Source: Hyphomicrobium sp.
GTDB lineage: Bacteria; Pseudomonadota; Alphaproteobacteria; Rhizobiales; Hyphomicrobiaceae
NCBI GenBank assembly: GCA_031412455.1
Contig: JANOCZ010000019.1
Location: forward strand, 1-52,236
Direction: 5' to 3'
DNA length: 52,236 nucleotides
Shown: piece by piece, positions 26,961 through 36,842 of the stretch
Position numbering within the stretch: the first letter of the stretch is position 1
How the letters are laid out: each line of letters starts with the position of its first letter
Made by a program: the position numbers and the translations under genes
Notes under the pieces: model-generated
Databases searched by the model: none
Told to the model about the DNA's origin: nothing
What the model saw: the letters and a program-made list of their open reading frames with translations, nothing else

Positions 26961-28316
26961 TCAACCGCCTTCGAGCGAAGACGTTTCGGCTGACGTGCCG
27001 TTCTCGTCGACGGGCTTGGGCACCGGCTTGATGCGTAACGCTGTTATTTTGTTGCGCGATTTGCGCAGGATTTCGAAGCGGTAGCCGTGGAATGTGAACT
27101 GCTGGCCGGGTTCGGGTATCGTTTGCGCCTCGTGAATGACCAAGCCGGCGATCGTCGTTGCTTCATCATCGGGAAGATCCCAATCCATCTGGCGATTGAG
27201 GTCGCGGATTGCAATGGTGCCATCGACGTTGACTGTGCCATCGGTTTGAACGCGAATTTGACTCTCGTGAGTGTCGTGCTCATCGGCAATCTGGCCAACG
27301 ATTTCTTCTAGAATATCTTCGAGCGTGATCAGGCCCTGAACTTCCCCGTACTCATCGACGACCAAGGCCATCTGAGCTTTTTTCTTCAGGAACTGGTTGA
27401 GCTGATCTTTGACGCTCGTCGTATCAGGCACAAACCACGGCTCGGTCGAGAAACTCATGATGTCGAGCTTGGAGGGATCCCAGCCGGCACGTCCGAGCGC
27501 TGCCAACAGGTCCTTCGTATGCAGCACGCCGACGATGTTTTCAGGCTCATCCCGCCACACCGGGGCCCGCGTGTATTGCGATCGCAACAATTCTTCGAGA
27601 ACTTTTTCGGGTTTATCGTCGGCATTTATTGTTTCCATTTTGGTCCGGTGGACCATGATGTCGGCAACCTCTAGATCACGCAGATCGAGCACGCCGCCCA
27701 ACATGTTCGCATCGCCCTTGGCGACAGTCCCTTCCCTCGCCTGCAGCCCAATCGTGCCGCGGATCTCTTCGTGGGCGGCGAGGATATTTGCGTCGTCATC
27801 GCTTTTGCCGGGCGTCATGCGCAACAATTGCCTGACGACGAATTCGATGGCCTTTGTAAACGGCGTCAAGACCACGATCACCCCGCGCATGATCGGCGCG
27901 ACGATGAGGGCGACCCGGTCGGAGTACGCGAGTGCGTAGGTTTTCGGCAGGACAGCGGCGAAAATGACGATGAGCAAAGTCACGATCGCGGTCGCGTAGG
28001 CAACTCCCACTTCGCCAAAGAGCGTCACTGCTAAATTCGACGCCATCGCCGCGGCCAACACATCGACGAGCGTGTTACCGAGCAGTACCGAGCCGATCAT
28101 CTTCTCGGGCTGGGATAGGACCTTGTTGACGAGTTTGGCTTGGGTGTTGCCGTCTTCTTCCAGTGAATGCATGCGAGCACGGGACGCTGCCGTCAGCGCC
28201 GTTTCGCTCATGTTGAAGAACGCCGAAAGGGCGATCAGAATGATGATCGCTACGATGCTCAGGCCGATTGAGAAGGTCATGGGGGAAGGGTCGGGTCCAG
28301 TTGTGAACGCGGACAA
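26961..28316 (-). CDS. HlyC/CorC-family CNNM-CBS Mg/Co transporter (start may be ATG 28280)
   Basis: LSAFFNMSETALT CNNM domain, tandem CBS (VVDEYGEVQGLITLEDILEEIVG), CorC C-terminal domain. Confidence 0.9.
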   Translation of the reverse strand: MSAFTTGPDPSPMTFSIGLSIVAIIILIALSAFFNMSETALTAASRARMHSLEEDGNTQAKLVNKVLSQPEKMIGSVLLGNTLVDVLAAAMASNLAVTLFGEVGVAYATAIVTLLIVIFAAVLPKTYALAYSDRVALIVAPIMRGVIVVLTPFTKAIEFVVRQLLRMTPGKSDDDANILAAHEEIRGTIGLQAREGTVAKGDANMLGGVLDLRDLEVADIMVHRTKMETINADDKPEKVLEELLRSQYTRAPVWRDEPENIVGVLHTKDLLAALGRAGWDPSKLDIMSFSTEPWFVPDTTSVKDQLNQFLKKKAQMALVVDEYGEVQGLITLEDILEEIVGQIADEHDTHESQIRVQTDGTVNVDGTIAIRDLNRQMDWDLPDDEATTIAGLVIHEAQTIPEPGQQFTFHGYRFEILRKSRNKITALRIKPVPKPVDENGTSAETSSLEGG

Positions 28317-28342
28317 CTTCTAGCACGAAGTTGCGGTGCTGC

Positions 28343-30085
28343 TTAACCCCCGATTTCAGCCGCCAAAAAGGCATGGACTTGCGCTGGATCGACGTCCCGG
28401 GCGACGAAAGCCTGGCCGATGCCGCGAACCAGGATGAACGTTAGGCGGCCCCTGCTGACTTTTTTGTCTTGGGCCATCAGGCGCATGAGTTCATCGGCAT
28501 CGGCTTTTGCGCCGGGAATGTCTCCTAGGCGTGTCGGCAGGCCGACGGCTTGGAAATGGACGGCGACGCGCTCAGCCGTTCCTTTTGGCGATAGGCCCAA
28601 TTGTTCCGAAAGACGGAACGCCAAGCACATGCCGATCGCAATCGCTTCGCCGTGCAGAAGGCGGCTCGAGAAGCCCGTCCATGCTTCGAGCGCATGGCCA
28701 AACGTGTGACCAAGGTTCAGCAGCGCGCGATCACCTGTTTCGGTTTCATCGCGGGCGACAATCGCGGCTTTGGCTTTGACGCTCGTTTGAACCGCAAGCG
28801 TCAGATCGGTCGCGTCATGGCCGAGAACGCTGCGCCAATGTTGCTCGAGCCAAGCAAAGAAATCAGCATCACCCAGTAGCCCATACTTGACGACTTCGGC
28901 GTATCCAGCGCGGACTTCGCGCGCCGGCAGGGTCTTCAATACGTCGGTATCGGCGATGACGAGATGGGGTTGGTGAAACAAGCCGATCAGGTTTTTGCCC
29001 TGAGGCGTGTTGATGCCGGTTTTGCCGCCGACCGAACTATCGACTTGCGCCAACAACGACGTGGGGATTTGCACGAAGCGAACGCCGCGACGCAGTATCC
29101 CCGCGGCGAAACCGGCCAAGTCACCGATGACGCCGCCGCCTAGCGGGATAACGATGTCACCGCGCTCGAGGCCCATCTCCAGAAGGCGCTCGCACAACGG
29201 GCCAAGTTCGCGGAAGCTCTTTGTTGCTTCGCCCGGCGTCAACACGATTGAGCCGGCGAACATGCCTTGCGATTTAAGGCTCGCTTCCAGGGTGCTCAGA
29301 TGATGGCTGGCGACATTGGCGTCGGTTACGACACCGCATCTGACTTGGCCCAACCGAGCTTTAATCAGCGGTCCGGCCTGGCGCAAAAGAGCGGCGCCGA
29401 TCATGACGTCATACGATCTCGACCCCAGATCGACATTGACCGTGCGAACCGCTGGTGTGGTGTGGGGAGGGTGAGCGTTGCTCATAGGTGCGTCCGTTTC
29501 CAAGGTCGTTTGCCGCTCGTTTGCGGCGATTGAAAATCGTTCGGCAAGGCGTGTAATAATTTCTCCGACAATATGTTCGTGCGGTTCGTCACGGCTCTCG
29601 ACCGTCAAATCGGCTTGGGCGTAAACTGGGTAGCGGGCGTCCATCAGCTTGCGCATCGTCGCTTCGGGATTGGCTGAACGGAGTAAGGGGCGGGTATCGC
29701 GCTTCGAGACGCGGCGCAGCAGAACCGGCAACTCAGCGCGCAGCCAGATCGAGATCGCTTCATCGCGGATTTTCTGGCGTGTCTCGGAATGCATATACGC
29801 GCCGCCGCCGGTCGCCAGGACTTGCGGTCCGTTTTGCAGCAAGCGCGCGATGACCTTACGTTCGCCTTCGCGGAATATGTCCTCGCCGTGATCGGTAAAA
29901 ATTTCCGTGATGGTTTTGGCGGCGGCGCGCTCAATCTCTTCGTCAGCATCGACAAACGGCAGGCCAAGTCGGGCCGCTAGGCGTTTTCCGACAGACGATT
30001 TTCCACAACCCATCAAACCGACCAAGACAATCGATCGGCGGCCCAATGGGGTTTTAATCGCGTCGATTAAGCTCGCGTCCGGCAT
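28343..30085 (-). CDS. aroKB: Bifunctional shikimate kinase / 3-dehydroquinate synthase
   Basis: N-terminal GLMGCGKS, FVDAD, ATGGG (AroK); C-terminal GGGVIGD, PTSLLAQVDSSVGGKTG, LNLGHTFGHALE, LLHGEA (AroB); one uninterrupted ORF. Confidence 0.92.
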   Translation of the reverse strand: MPDASLIDAIKTPLGRRSIVLVGLMGCGKSSVGKRLAARLGLPFVDADEEIERAAAKTITEIFTDHGEDIFREGERKVIARLLQNGPQVLATGGGAYMHSETRQKIRDEAISIWLRAELPVLLRRVSKRDTRPLLRSANPEATMRKLMDARYPVYAQADLTVESRDEPHEHIVGEIITRLAERFSIAANERQTTLETDAPMSNAHPPHTTPAVRTVNVDLGSRSYDVMIGAALLRQAGPLIKARLGQVRCGVVTDANVASHHLSTLEASLKSQGMFAGSIVLTPGEATKSFRELGPLCERLLEMGLERGDIVIPLGGGVIGDLAGFAAGILRRGVRFVQIPTSLLAQVDSSVGGKTGINTPQGKNLIGLFHQPHLVIADTDVLKTLPAREVRAGYAEVVKYGLLGDADFFAWLEQHWRSVLGHDATDLTLAVQTSVKAKAAIVARDETETGDRALLNLGHTFGHALEAWTGFSSRLLHGEAIAIGMCLAFRLSEQLGLSPKGTAERVAVHFQAVGLPTRLGDIPGAKADADELMRLMAQDKKVSRGRLTFILVRGIGQAFVARDVDPAQVHAFLAAEIGG

Positions 30086-30413
30086 CGACTTTGCTAATTC
30101 TTTCGCTGGCTCACGACGCTTTGCTCAGGCGTCGCTGTGGCTGTTGTGTTTGGCTGGACGTTCTTTTGCAGGTGCGGTCGGCCGGAACTTGTGATTTGCG
30201 CAGATCACATGGCACGATCCGAATTGGTCCGCAAACCCGTTCAGTTGCGCGAACGTGGGCGCGGAAGGCCGAGGAGACGCATCGTCAAGCTTAACGGCGG
30301 GCGCTAAACGGCCGGTTCCTTCTTGCCTACCGACCGGTTGTCATTGCTCCGTAACGCCAGACATATTCGCGCCCATTTGACGACTCAGTTATCGATGAGT
30401 CAGGAAAACGCAC

Positions 30414-30557
30414 ATGCCAAGCCTCTTCAGGTTCCTATTCATTTCGGGTCTGGCCGCGGGCCTTGCGCTTGGCGGGCTTTACGTCCTTGCGACCAAGTTC
30501 GAGCCCGAACAGCAGGTCATCAGCAAGCCTGTACAGGGCGTCAAAATTAAAAAGTAG
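30414..30557 (+). CDS. Small membrane protein upstream of xerD (47 aa; below the ORF-track cutoff)
   Basis: ATG 30414 with AGGA SD; [47 protein letters not shown]; matches the MPxLFRFL...EP small ORF I recall upstream of xerD in Rhizobiales. Confidence 0.75.
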   Translation: MPSLFRFLFISGLAAGLALGGLYVLATKFEPEQQVISKPVQGVKIKK

Positions 30558-30584
30558 GCACAATCGACCGGGGCTCGAGACGCG

Positions 30585-31502
30585 ATGACGGCGGCGGCGA
30601 ACCATCTCGAAGCCTTTCTTGGTATGCTCAGCGCTGAACGAGGCGCGGCGCAAAACACACTTGACGCTTATGAGCGTGATTTAAGCGATTTCTTTGGGTT
30701 CCTTGGCACGCAGGCGATCGCCGTCGAGTCGGCGCAGGCCAAACATATTCGCGGCTTCCTGCAGCACATGACCGAGAGCGGGCTAGCCGCGACCTCGCGG
30801 GCGCGGCGGCTGTCTGCGGTGCGGCAATACTACAAATTTCTCAACGCGGAGGGGATCGTCGAGGCAGATCCGGCGATCGGGCTTGCCGGTCCAAAGCAGG
30901 CGCGATCCTTGCCCAAGGTTCTCAGTATCGCCGAGGTCGATCGGCTCATCACGGCCGCGAGCAGACGGGTTGCGGGTCACGAGGGGCGAGAGCTGTTCAG
31001 GGCATTGCGTTTCCATTGCCTGTTGGAAATTCTCTATGCGACCGGCATGCGCGTCAGCGAACTCGTTGGATTACCGCGTTCCGTGCTGCGCGGCGACAGG
31101 CGAGTTTTGACCATCAAAGGCAAGGGCGGACGCGAGCGTCTCGTGCCGCTCAACCCGGCAGCGCGAGAGGCGCTCGACCGCTATCTCGCCGTCGCCGGGC
31201 GGTTCGATAATTCAGCGTGGCTGTTTGCCTCCAAGTCGGCCGAGGGCCATGTGACCCGGCAGGGCTTTGCAAAAGATCTTAAAGACGTGGCGATCGAAGC
31301 TGGGCTCGACGCCGCGCGTGTTTCGCCGCACGTGTTGCGTCATGCGTTCGCCAGTCACTTGTTGGATCGGGGTGCCGATTTGCGCGCCGTCCAGCAACTG
31401 CTCGGGCACGCCGACATTTCAACAACTGAGATTTATACGCATGTGCTGCAAGAGCGGCTCGTGAAGCTCGTCAACGAGCATCATCCGTTGGCTAAAAAAT
31501 AG
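30585..31502 (+). CDS. xerD: Site-specific tyrosine recombinase XerD
   Basis: NTLDAYERDL, LYATGMRVSEL, KGKGGRERLVP, SPHVLRHAFASHLL, LLGHADISTTEIYTHV; core aroK-xerD-accA neighbourhood. Confidence 0.9.
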   Translation: MTAAANHLEAFLGMLSAERGAAQNTLDAYERDLSDFFGFLGTQAIAVESAQAKHIRGFLQHMTESGLAATSRARRLSAVRQYYKFLNAEGIVEADPAIGLAGPKQARSLPKVLSIAEVDRLITAASRRVAGHEGRELFRALRFHCLLEILYATGMRVSELVGLPRSVLRGDRRVLTIKGKGGRERLVPLNPAAREALDRYLAVAGRFDNSAWLFASKSAEGHVTRQGFAKDLKDVAIEAGLDAARVSPHVLRHAFASHLLDRGADLRAVQQLLGHADISTTEIYTHVLQERLVKLVNEHHPLAKK

Positions 31503-31558
31503 CGGCGTTTGCGGCTCTGGAATGTTAGGCTGCCGGGCAACCTTTGGAGGAGACAGCC

Positions 31559-32218
31559 ATGAGCCGCCTGTATGGAGACAATCACCGCGCCATGCAGATG
31601 GCGTTTGACACGCGCACACTCGCCGACCGGATCGAGATGATTACGGTCAAGCCCGAACTCGACGACTTGGCAAAAGGGTTCATCGAGAGCCGCGACATGT
31701 TTTTTCTGACGTCCATCGATCACAAGGGGCGTCCGACGGTGTCATACAAGGGCGGCACGCCGGGCTTCGTCAAAGTGATCGACGACAAGACGATCATGTT
31801 TCCGAGCTACGATGGCAACGGCATGTACCTGTCGGCTGGCAACATGGCCGGCAACCCGGAAATCGGCATCTTATTCATCGATTTTGAAAAACCGTTCCGG
31901 TTGCGCTTGCAGGGGCGGGCCGAAGTCATCGTGACCGGCCCAGAAGTCGAGATGTTCAAAGACGCCGAAATGGCCATCAAAGTGCGCGTGCATGAGACGT
32001 GGATGAATTGCCCGCGCTATGTTCACCGCTACCAGAAATTAGAAGCGTCGCGATACGCGCCCGGCGTTGAAGCCGACACTCCGTTCTGTGAATGGAAGCG
32101 GATCGACGCGCTGCAAGACGTGGTGCGCAAGGGCGAGCGGGAGACCGTCGCGAAAATCGGGACGACAACGATCGACGACTGGATGGGTAAGGTGATGACG
32201 GGCGACAAAGGCGCTTGA
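31559..32218 (+). CDS. Pyridoxamine 5'-phosphate oxidase-family FMN-binding protein
   Basis: FIESRDMFFL, PTVSYKGG.PGFV, YDGNGMYLS.GN, LFIDF, NCPRY; GGAGG SD. Confidence 0.82.
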   Translation: MSRLYGDNHRAMQMAFDTRTLADRIEMITVKPELDDLAKGFIESRDMFFLTSIDHKGRPTVSYKGGTPGFVKVIDDKTIMFPSYDGNGMYLSAGNMAGNPEIGILFIDFEKPFRLRLQGRAEVIVTGPEVEMFKDAEMAIKVRVHETWMNCPRYVHRYQKLEASRYAPGVEADTPFCEWKRIDALQDVVRKGERETVAKIGTTTIDDWMGKVMTGDKGA

Positions 32219-32240
32219 GGCGTTGAACGTTGGGTCTACT

Positions 32241-33500
32241 TCAAACGTCGTCGCGACGGCGTGAGGGATCAAGCAGCGGGGCGCGCGCGTCCGCCAGACC
32301 CCAGATACAGGCCATCATTATAAACACGTGGCGCCAGTGGTCGCTGTCGATGACGAGGCCCTCAAAGGCGACGCCCGCGAAGGCTGCGCTGGCGACTACG
32401 AAGCCTCCTTGCAAGGCACCATTCGTCATTGCTGCGCGTAGTCCGATGACCAGGGTGGTCACGGTGGACACGGCGAACAGCAGGCCGCCGATCCAACCGG
32501 CATTCAAGAACATGCTCAGATAAACGTTGTGCGGTTCTTCGTGGTGGTACTTATCGCGGAACGTGTGCGTACCGATGCCAAAGGGATTCTCTAGTACCAA
32601 CTTTCGCGCCTTTTCCTGGCCGCCAAAGCGACCTTCAGGCCCGACATCGTAGCTTTGATCCAAGCTCGCGCGTTCGGTGAAAAGTGAGCGAACCTGTTCC
32701 ACTTGCAAAATTGCGAAGATAGCGATCGTGACTGCGGCAATGCCCGCCATTCCAACGACGCTCAAGCGATGAAAATCGGTGCGGCGGCGGGAACTGACCG
32801 TCGTGACGACGGCAAGGATCGTCAGCGCCATGATGGCCGAGAGCCAAGCACCGCGCGAGAAGCTGATCAACAGACCGATGACCAGAGGCAGCATCACGAA
32901 GCTTGCGATATAGGCACGCTTAGCTGGCTCGCGAAGCATGATCCAAGCGGCGAACGTGATGGCCGGCGTCAAGGCTGCGCCATAGACGTTTGGATCTTTG
33001 AAAGTGCCGCGGGCGCGACCGTAATTTGTAAATAGATCATAAGCGGAGGGGATGACGTTGAAGTAGCCGAGCAGGGCCGCCAGTGTCGCAATCAGGCAGC
33101 CAATCAGATAGCACCAGAAAATCAGATTGATGCGCGGCAGTGGGTCGGCTGAAATGTAGCCGGCCAGGACGAGAGCGCCGATCACTAGAAAAAGCGTGAC
33201 GAGCTGATGTTTGAGACCGGTACCGACGTTGACCGACATCGCTGCGCCGGCCATGCCAAGCGCCACGAACGCCGCTAGGATGCAAACGTTCAATAGGGTT
33301 ATTCTTCCGCAGCGGATCACGCGCAACGCTGGCAGCGTCATGATGACGGCTCCCATCAGTGCATCGGCGACGGCTGGTTCAGAAAATACGATGCTGCTCA
33401 GTGACATCGCCAACGCGACGATGATGCCCGCAAGCGTCTTAGCGCTGAAGCTAAGCGGGCGCGGCGCGAGTCCTTGGGTGATAGTCGAGCTAGTAGGCAT
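32241..33500 (-). CDS. O-antigen ligase/Wzy-like membrane protein (UppF/HfsC-like)
   Basis: Multiple TM helices; RARGTFKDPNV, SFSRGAW, PFGIG, HNVYL motifs. Confidence 0.85.
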   Translation of the reverse strand: MPTSSTITQGLAPRPLSFSAKTLAGIIVALAMSLSSIVFSEPAVADALMGAVIMTLPALRVIRCGRITLLNVCILAAFVALGMAGAAMSVNVGTGLKHQLVTLFLVIGALVLAGYISADPLPRINLIFWCYLIGCLIATLAALLGYFNVIPSAYDLFTNYGRARGTFKDPNVYGAALTPAITFAAWIMLREPAKRAYIASFVMLPLVIGLLISFSRGAWLSAIMALTILAVVTTVSSRRRTDFHRLSVVGMAGIAAVTIAIFAILQVEQVRSLFTERASLDQSYDVGPEGRFGGQEKARKLVLENPFGIGTHTFRDKYHHEEPHNVYLSMFLNAGWIGGLLFAVSTVTTLVIGLRAAMTNGALQGGFVVASAAFAGVAFEGLVIDSDHWRHVFIMMACIWGLADARAPLLDPSRRRDDV

Positions 33501-34986
33501 TTTTGCTCGAGAGCAGCGAGAACGGCGTCAGGGCGATGATGTAAATGTCGAGGAGCACCGACCAGTTGTCGATGTAATAGAGATCGTATTCGACGCGGCT
33601 CTGAATCTTGTCGTGGGTATCTGTCTCGCCGCGCCAACCGTTGACTTGCGCCCAGCCGGTGACGCCAGGCTTCACGCGATGACGCGCGTAGTAGCCTTGC
33701 ACCACATCCTGATAAAGATCGTGCCCGGCTTTTGCCTGCGTCGCATGTGGCCGCGGGCCAACGAGCGACATGGTGCCCAGAAGCACGTTGAACAACTGCG
33801 GCAGCTCATCGATACTGCTGCGGCGAAGAAAGCGGCCGACCGGCGTCACGCGCGGGTCATCGCGCGTCACCAGTTTGCTCGCCGTCGCGTCCGACATATC
33901 GGTGTACATCGAGCGGAATTTATAAACTTCGACGAGTTCATTGTTGAACCCGTACCGCTTCTGTTTGAAGAAGATCGGGCCTTTACTGTCGAGGCGTATC
34001 GCCAGGGCCGCGAGCGCCATGATCGGCGATACCGCGACAAGCAGGAGGGCGCCGAGAACTCGATCTTCGATATTTTTAAGAGCGCGATCCCAATCGGTCA
34101 GCGGCTTGTCCATGACGGCCAGCATGGGCACCTTGCCGATATAATGATAAGCGCTCGAATTGAGCCGCAGCTTCGAATTCAAAGCCGAGATGCGGATATC
34201 GACTTGGAGCGAAAAGAGCTTTTGCAGGATTTGTAGCAGACGGTCTTCGGCGCGGGGCGGTACGGTGACGATCAGCAGATCGACGCCGGAATCGCGGCAG
34301 AAGTTTTCTAGATCTTCGAACGTGCCCAGACGCGCCAACGAAGAAGGGCCGTCCGAACTGCGCTCGTCTTGGCGATCGTCGAAAACGCCCAAGATTTGCA
34401 AATGGGCTGCACCGTCGCGTGCCAAAGCCTGAATCACATCGTCGGATTCTTTGCCGCCGCCAACGATTACCGTTTTGCGGACGAGCAGTCCGGCGCGCGT
34501 CAGCACATTGATGACATTGGCGGTGGCGACGCGGATGGTCAACAGGAGCGCCAGCGACAGGGTGAGCCAGAGAATGATGAAGGCTGGAGACTGCGGCACG
34601 CGATGCGCCAGATAGGCGGCGCCGGTTAGTAGCAGGAATACGGTCAAGAGGGCGATCAGCACTTTGGAGAATTGCCCAGACGTGCTGCGCAGTGCGGACA
34701 CGGAGTATGACCACTTGACATGCAGCGCGCAGATCACGAGTGCGGCCACGAGGGTTGCGCGCAGGTGCGCCGATGCCGACCAATCGGCAGCGCCATTAGC
34801 AATCAAGCCCGCCAACAGGCTCGAGGCCCATATTGAAAGGCCGTCGAGGAGGGCCACTGCGAACAGCAGTTTTGGGCGCGAAAAGCTATAGCGCTGATCT
34901 ACGAAAAGTTCGGCTATGCGCTCGGCCGGGGAGCGGCGAGCAGGCGTCACAAGGCTCGAGGCTTGGGTCATCGTGTCGGTCGTCAT
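33490..34986 (-). CDS. Undecaprenyl-phosphate glucose phosphotransferase (WcaJ/UppE/HfsE-like)
   Basis: N-terminal TM helices, [52 protein letters not shown]. Confidence 0.92.
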   Translation of the reverse strand: MTTDTMTQASSLVTPARRSPAERIAELFVDQRYSFSRPKLLFAVALLDGLSIWASSLLAGLIANGAADWSASAHLRATLVAALVICALHVKWSYSVSALRSTSGQFSKVLIALLTVFLLLTGAAYLAHRVPQSPAFIILWLTLSLALLLTIRVATANVINVLTRAGLLVRKTVIVGGGKESDDVIQALARDGAAHLQILGVFDDRQDERSSDGPSSLARLGTFEDLENFCRDSGVDLLIVTVPPRAEDRLLQILQKLFSLQVDIRISALNSKLRLNSSAYHYIGKVPMLAVMDKPLTDWDRALKNIEDRVLGALLLVAVSPIMALAALAIRLDSKGPIFFKQKRYGFNNELVEVYKFRSMYTDMSDATASKLVTRDDPRVTPVGRFLRRSSIDELPQLFNVLLGTMSLVGPRPHATQAKAGHDLYQDVVQGYYARHRVKPGVTGWAQVNGWRGETDTHDKIQSRVEYDLYYIDNWSVLLDIYIIALTPFSLLSSKNAY

Positions 34987-35210
34987 TGGGTACTCGATAC
35001 GCGGAGGGGCTCACCGGCACACCCTAAAGCTGGATGGTTGACGGCATCGTAACGGTCTTGCCCGAGTGCCGCTTTCCATGCGCGTCGAAGCGCCCGGCAT
35101 CGGGCATGGTCAAAATTTGCTGAGCGGCCGTTCCAAATTGACAGACGTCTGCGATACGGTCGCGAACCGCAGCTTTGACAGTTTGCCTGTCTGCCGACAT
35201 TCTGGCGGCC

Positions 35211-36737
35211 ATGAGCACACATGAACCTCCAACGACCAGCAGGCGCGGCGCTTTTTCGGGGAACCCGGCGGGGCTTGCCGGTCAACCCGCCGGGCTCTCG
35301 ACCCTCTTTTTCACCGAGTTGTGGGAGCGATTCTCATATTACGGCATGCGCGCGCTGCTCATGCTGTTCATGGTCACGCCGGCCGCCAATGGGGGCTTGG
35401 CGTTTGCGACGGAAACGGCGGGGCGCATCTACGGCAATTATTCGATGGCCGTGTATATGCTGGCGATTCCTGGCGGCTTTATTGCCGATCGCTTTATAGG
35501 CGCCAAGCGAGCCGTGCTGTTGGGCGGCTGGACGATCGCGGCTGGGCATTACGCGCTCGCCATGCCGACCATCGCGGCGTTCTACGTTGGGCTGTTGTTA
35601 ATCGCGATCGGCACTGGGCTTTTCAAGCCGAATATTTCGGCACTCGTCGGCGCGCTTTACTCGCGTGATGACACGCGGCGCGATGCGGGCTTTTCGATTT
35701 TTTACATGGGCATCAATATCGGTGCGTTCATTGCGCCGCTGATTACGGGGTTTCTGGCGCAGAGCGGTTGGTTCAAGGATTGGCTGGCGAGCCAAGGCTT
35801 CGATCCGGCGAAAAGCTGGCACTGGGGGTTTGCCGCCGCTGGCGTTGGGATGACGGTCGCGATGCTGATCTTTCAGCGCAATACGAGCGGCTTGCAAGAC
35901 CATGCGGCGAGCCGTGCCGACGAAGGCGGAACTGCATCGCATGGCGTTTGGCGCGAAGGAATGGTCGTGGGCGGCGGGACTTTGGCGTTGCTGCTGCTGG
36001 CCATTTTATCTGACACGCAAGGATTCGCATGGATCCGCTGGCTATTTCTTGCCCTGCCGGTCGCCGTCATCATCTACGCCGCGCGCCAACCGAACGAGGA
36101 CGCGCAACGCATCGCAGCTATTGGCGTGCTGTTCATCGCGGCGATGATCTTCTGGGCGGTCTTCGAACAGTCGGGCAGCACGATCGCGCTGTTTGCCGAC
36201 AGACTGACGCGAAGCGAATTCTTCGGCGCGCCGTTCCCATCATCGTGGTTTCAGTCGGTCAACCCTATTTTCGTGATTTTGCTCGCACCCATTTTCGCAG
36301 CGTTGTGGATGGGGCTGGGCGCTAAACAGCCGTCGTCGGCCGTCAAATTTGCCTTCGGACTGCTGTTTCTGTCGGCGTCGTTTTTGTTGATGGTGCCGGC
36401 GGCGACGCTGGCGGCCCAGGGTCGCGTCTCGCCGCTCTGGCTCGTTGGTTTGTTTTTCCTGCAGACGATCGGCGAACTGCTGCTGAGCCCGGTCGGTCTG
36501 TCGACCATGACGAAGCTCGCGCCGGCGCGGATGACCGGGATGGTGCTCGGCATATGGTTTTTAGCGACCGCATTCGGCAGCAAGCTCGCGGGCGTGATGG
36601 GCGGCGGCTTCACCGGCGATGACCCGAACGCCCTGTCATCTGGCTTTTTAATGCAAGGCGTTGTCGTCGCAGTGGCCGCAGGCGTACTGTTTGCGGCCGC
36701 GCCTTGGGTTAAACGGCTCTCAGGTGGCGCGCGATAA
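35211..36737 (+). CDS. POT/PTR-family proton-dependent oligopeptide transporter
   Basis: FFTELWERFSYYGMR (ExxERFxYY), FKPNIS, FYMGINIG, FQSVNP, GELLLSPVGLS. Confidence 0.93.
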   Translation: MSTHEPPTTSRRGAFSGNPAGLAGQPAGLSTLFFTELWERFSYYGMRALLMLFMVTPAANGGLAFATETAGRIYGNYSMAVYMLAIPGGFIADRFIGAKRAVLLGGWTIAAGHYALAMPTIAAFYVGLLLIAIGTGLFKPNISALVGALYSRDDTRRDAGFSIFYMGINIGAFIAPLITGFLAQSGWFKDWLASQGFDPAKSWHWGFAAAGVGMTVAMLIFQRNTSGLQDHAASRADEGGTASHGVWREGMVVGGGTLALLLLAILSDTQGFAWIRWLFLALPVAVIIYAARQPNEDAQRIAAIGVLFIAAMIFWAVFEQSGSTIALFADRLTRSEFFGAPFPSSWFQSVNPIFVILLAPIFAALWMGLGAKQPSSAVKFAFGLLFLSASFLLMVPAATLAAQGRVSPLWLVGLFFLQTIGELLLSPVGLSTMTKLAPARMTGMVLGIWFLATAFGSKLAGVMGGGFTGDDPNALSSGFLMQGVVVAVAAGVLFAAAPWVKRLSGGAR

Positions 36738-36842
36738 TACATTGCTTAATAGGCCGTGCCTTGACACTAGGGCGCGGTCAGCGCGAAAATCGCCCGATAG
36801 ACCCGTGTCAGCGGGCTTGCATTCCACACAAGAGGCCTTTCC

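Noticed and set aside
30585-31502. Tyrosine recombinase as a phage or island integrase
   Set aside because: XerD-type sequence in the core aroK-xerD-accA neighbourhood; no att sites or mobile cargo.
33211-34236. 341-aa plus-strand ORF opposite the phosphotransferase/ligase genes, and similar antisense ORFs over secA, mtkA, carD and the RTX gene
   Set aside because: Antisense to well-supported genes; explained by codon bias.
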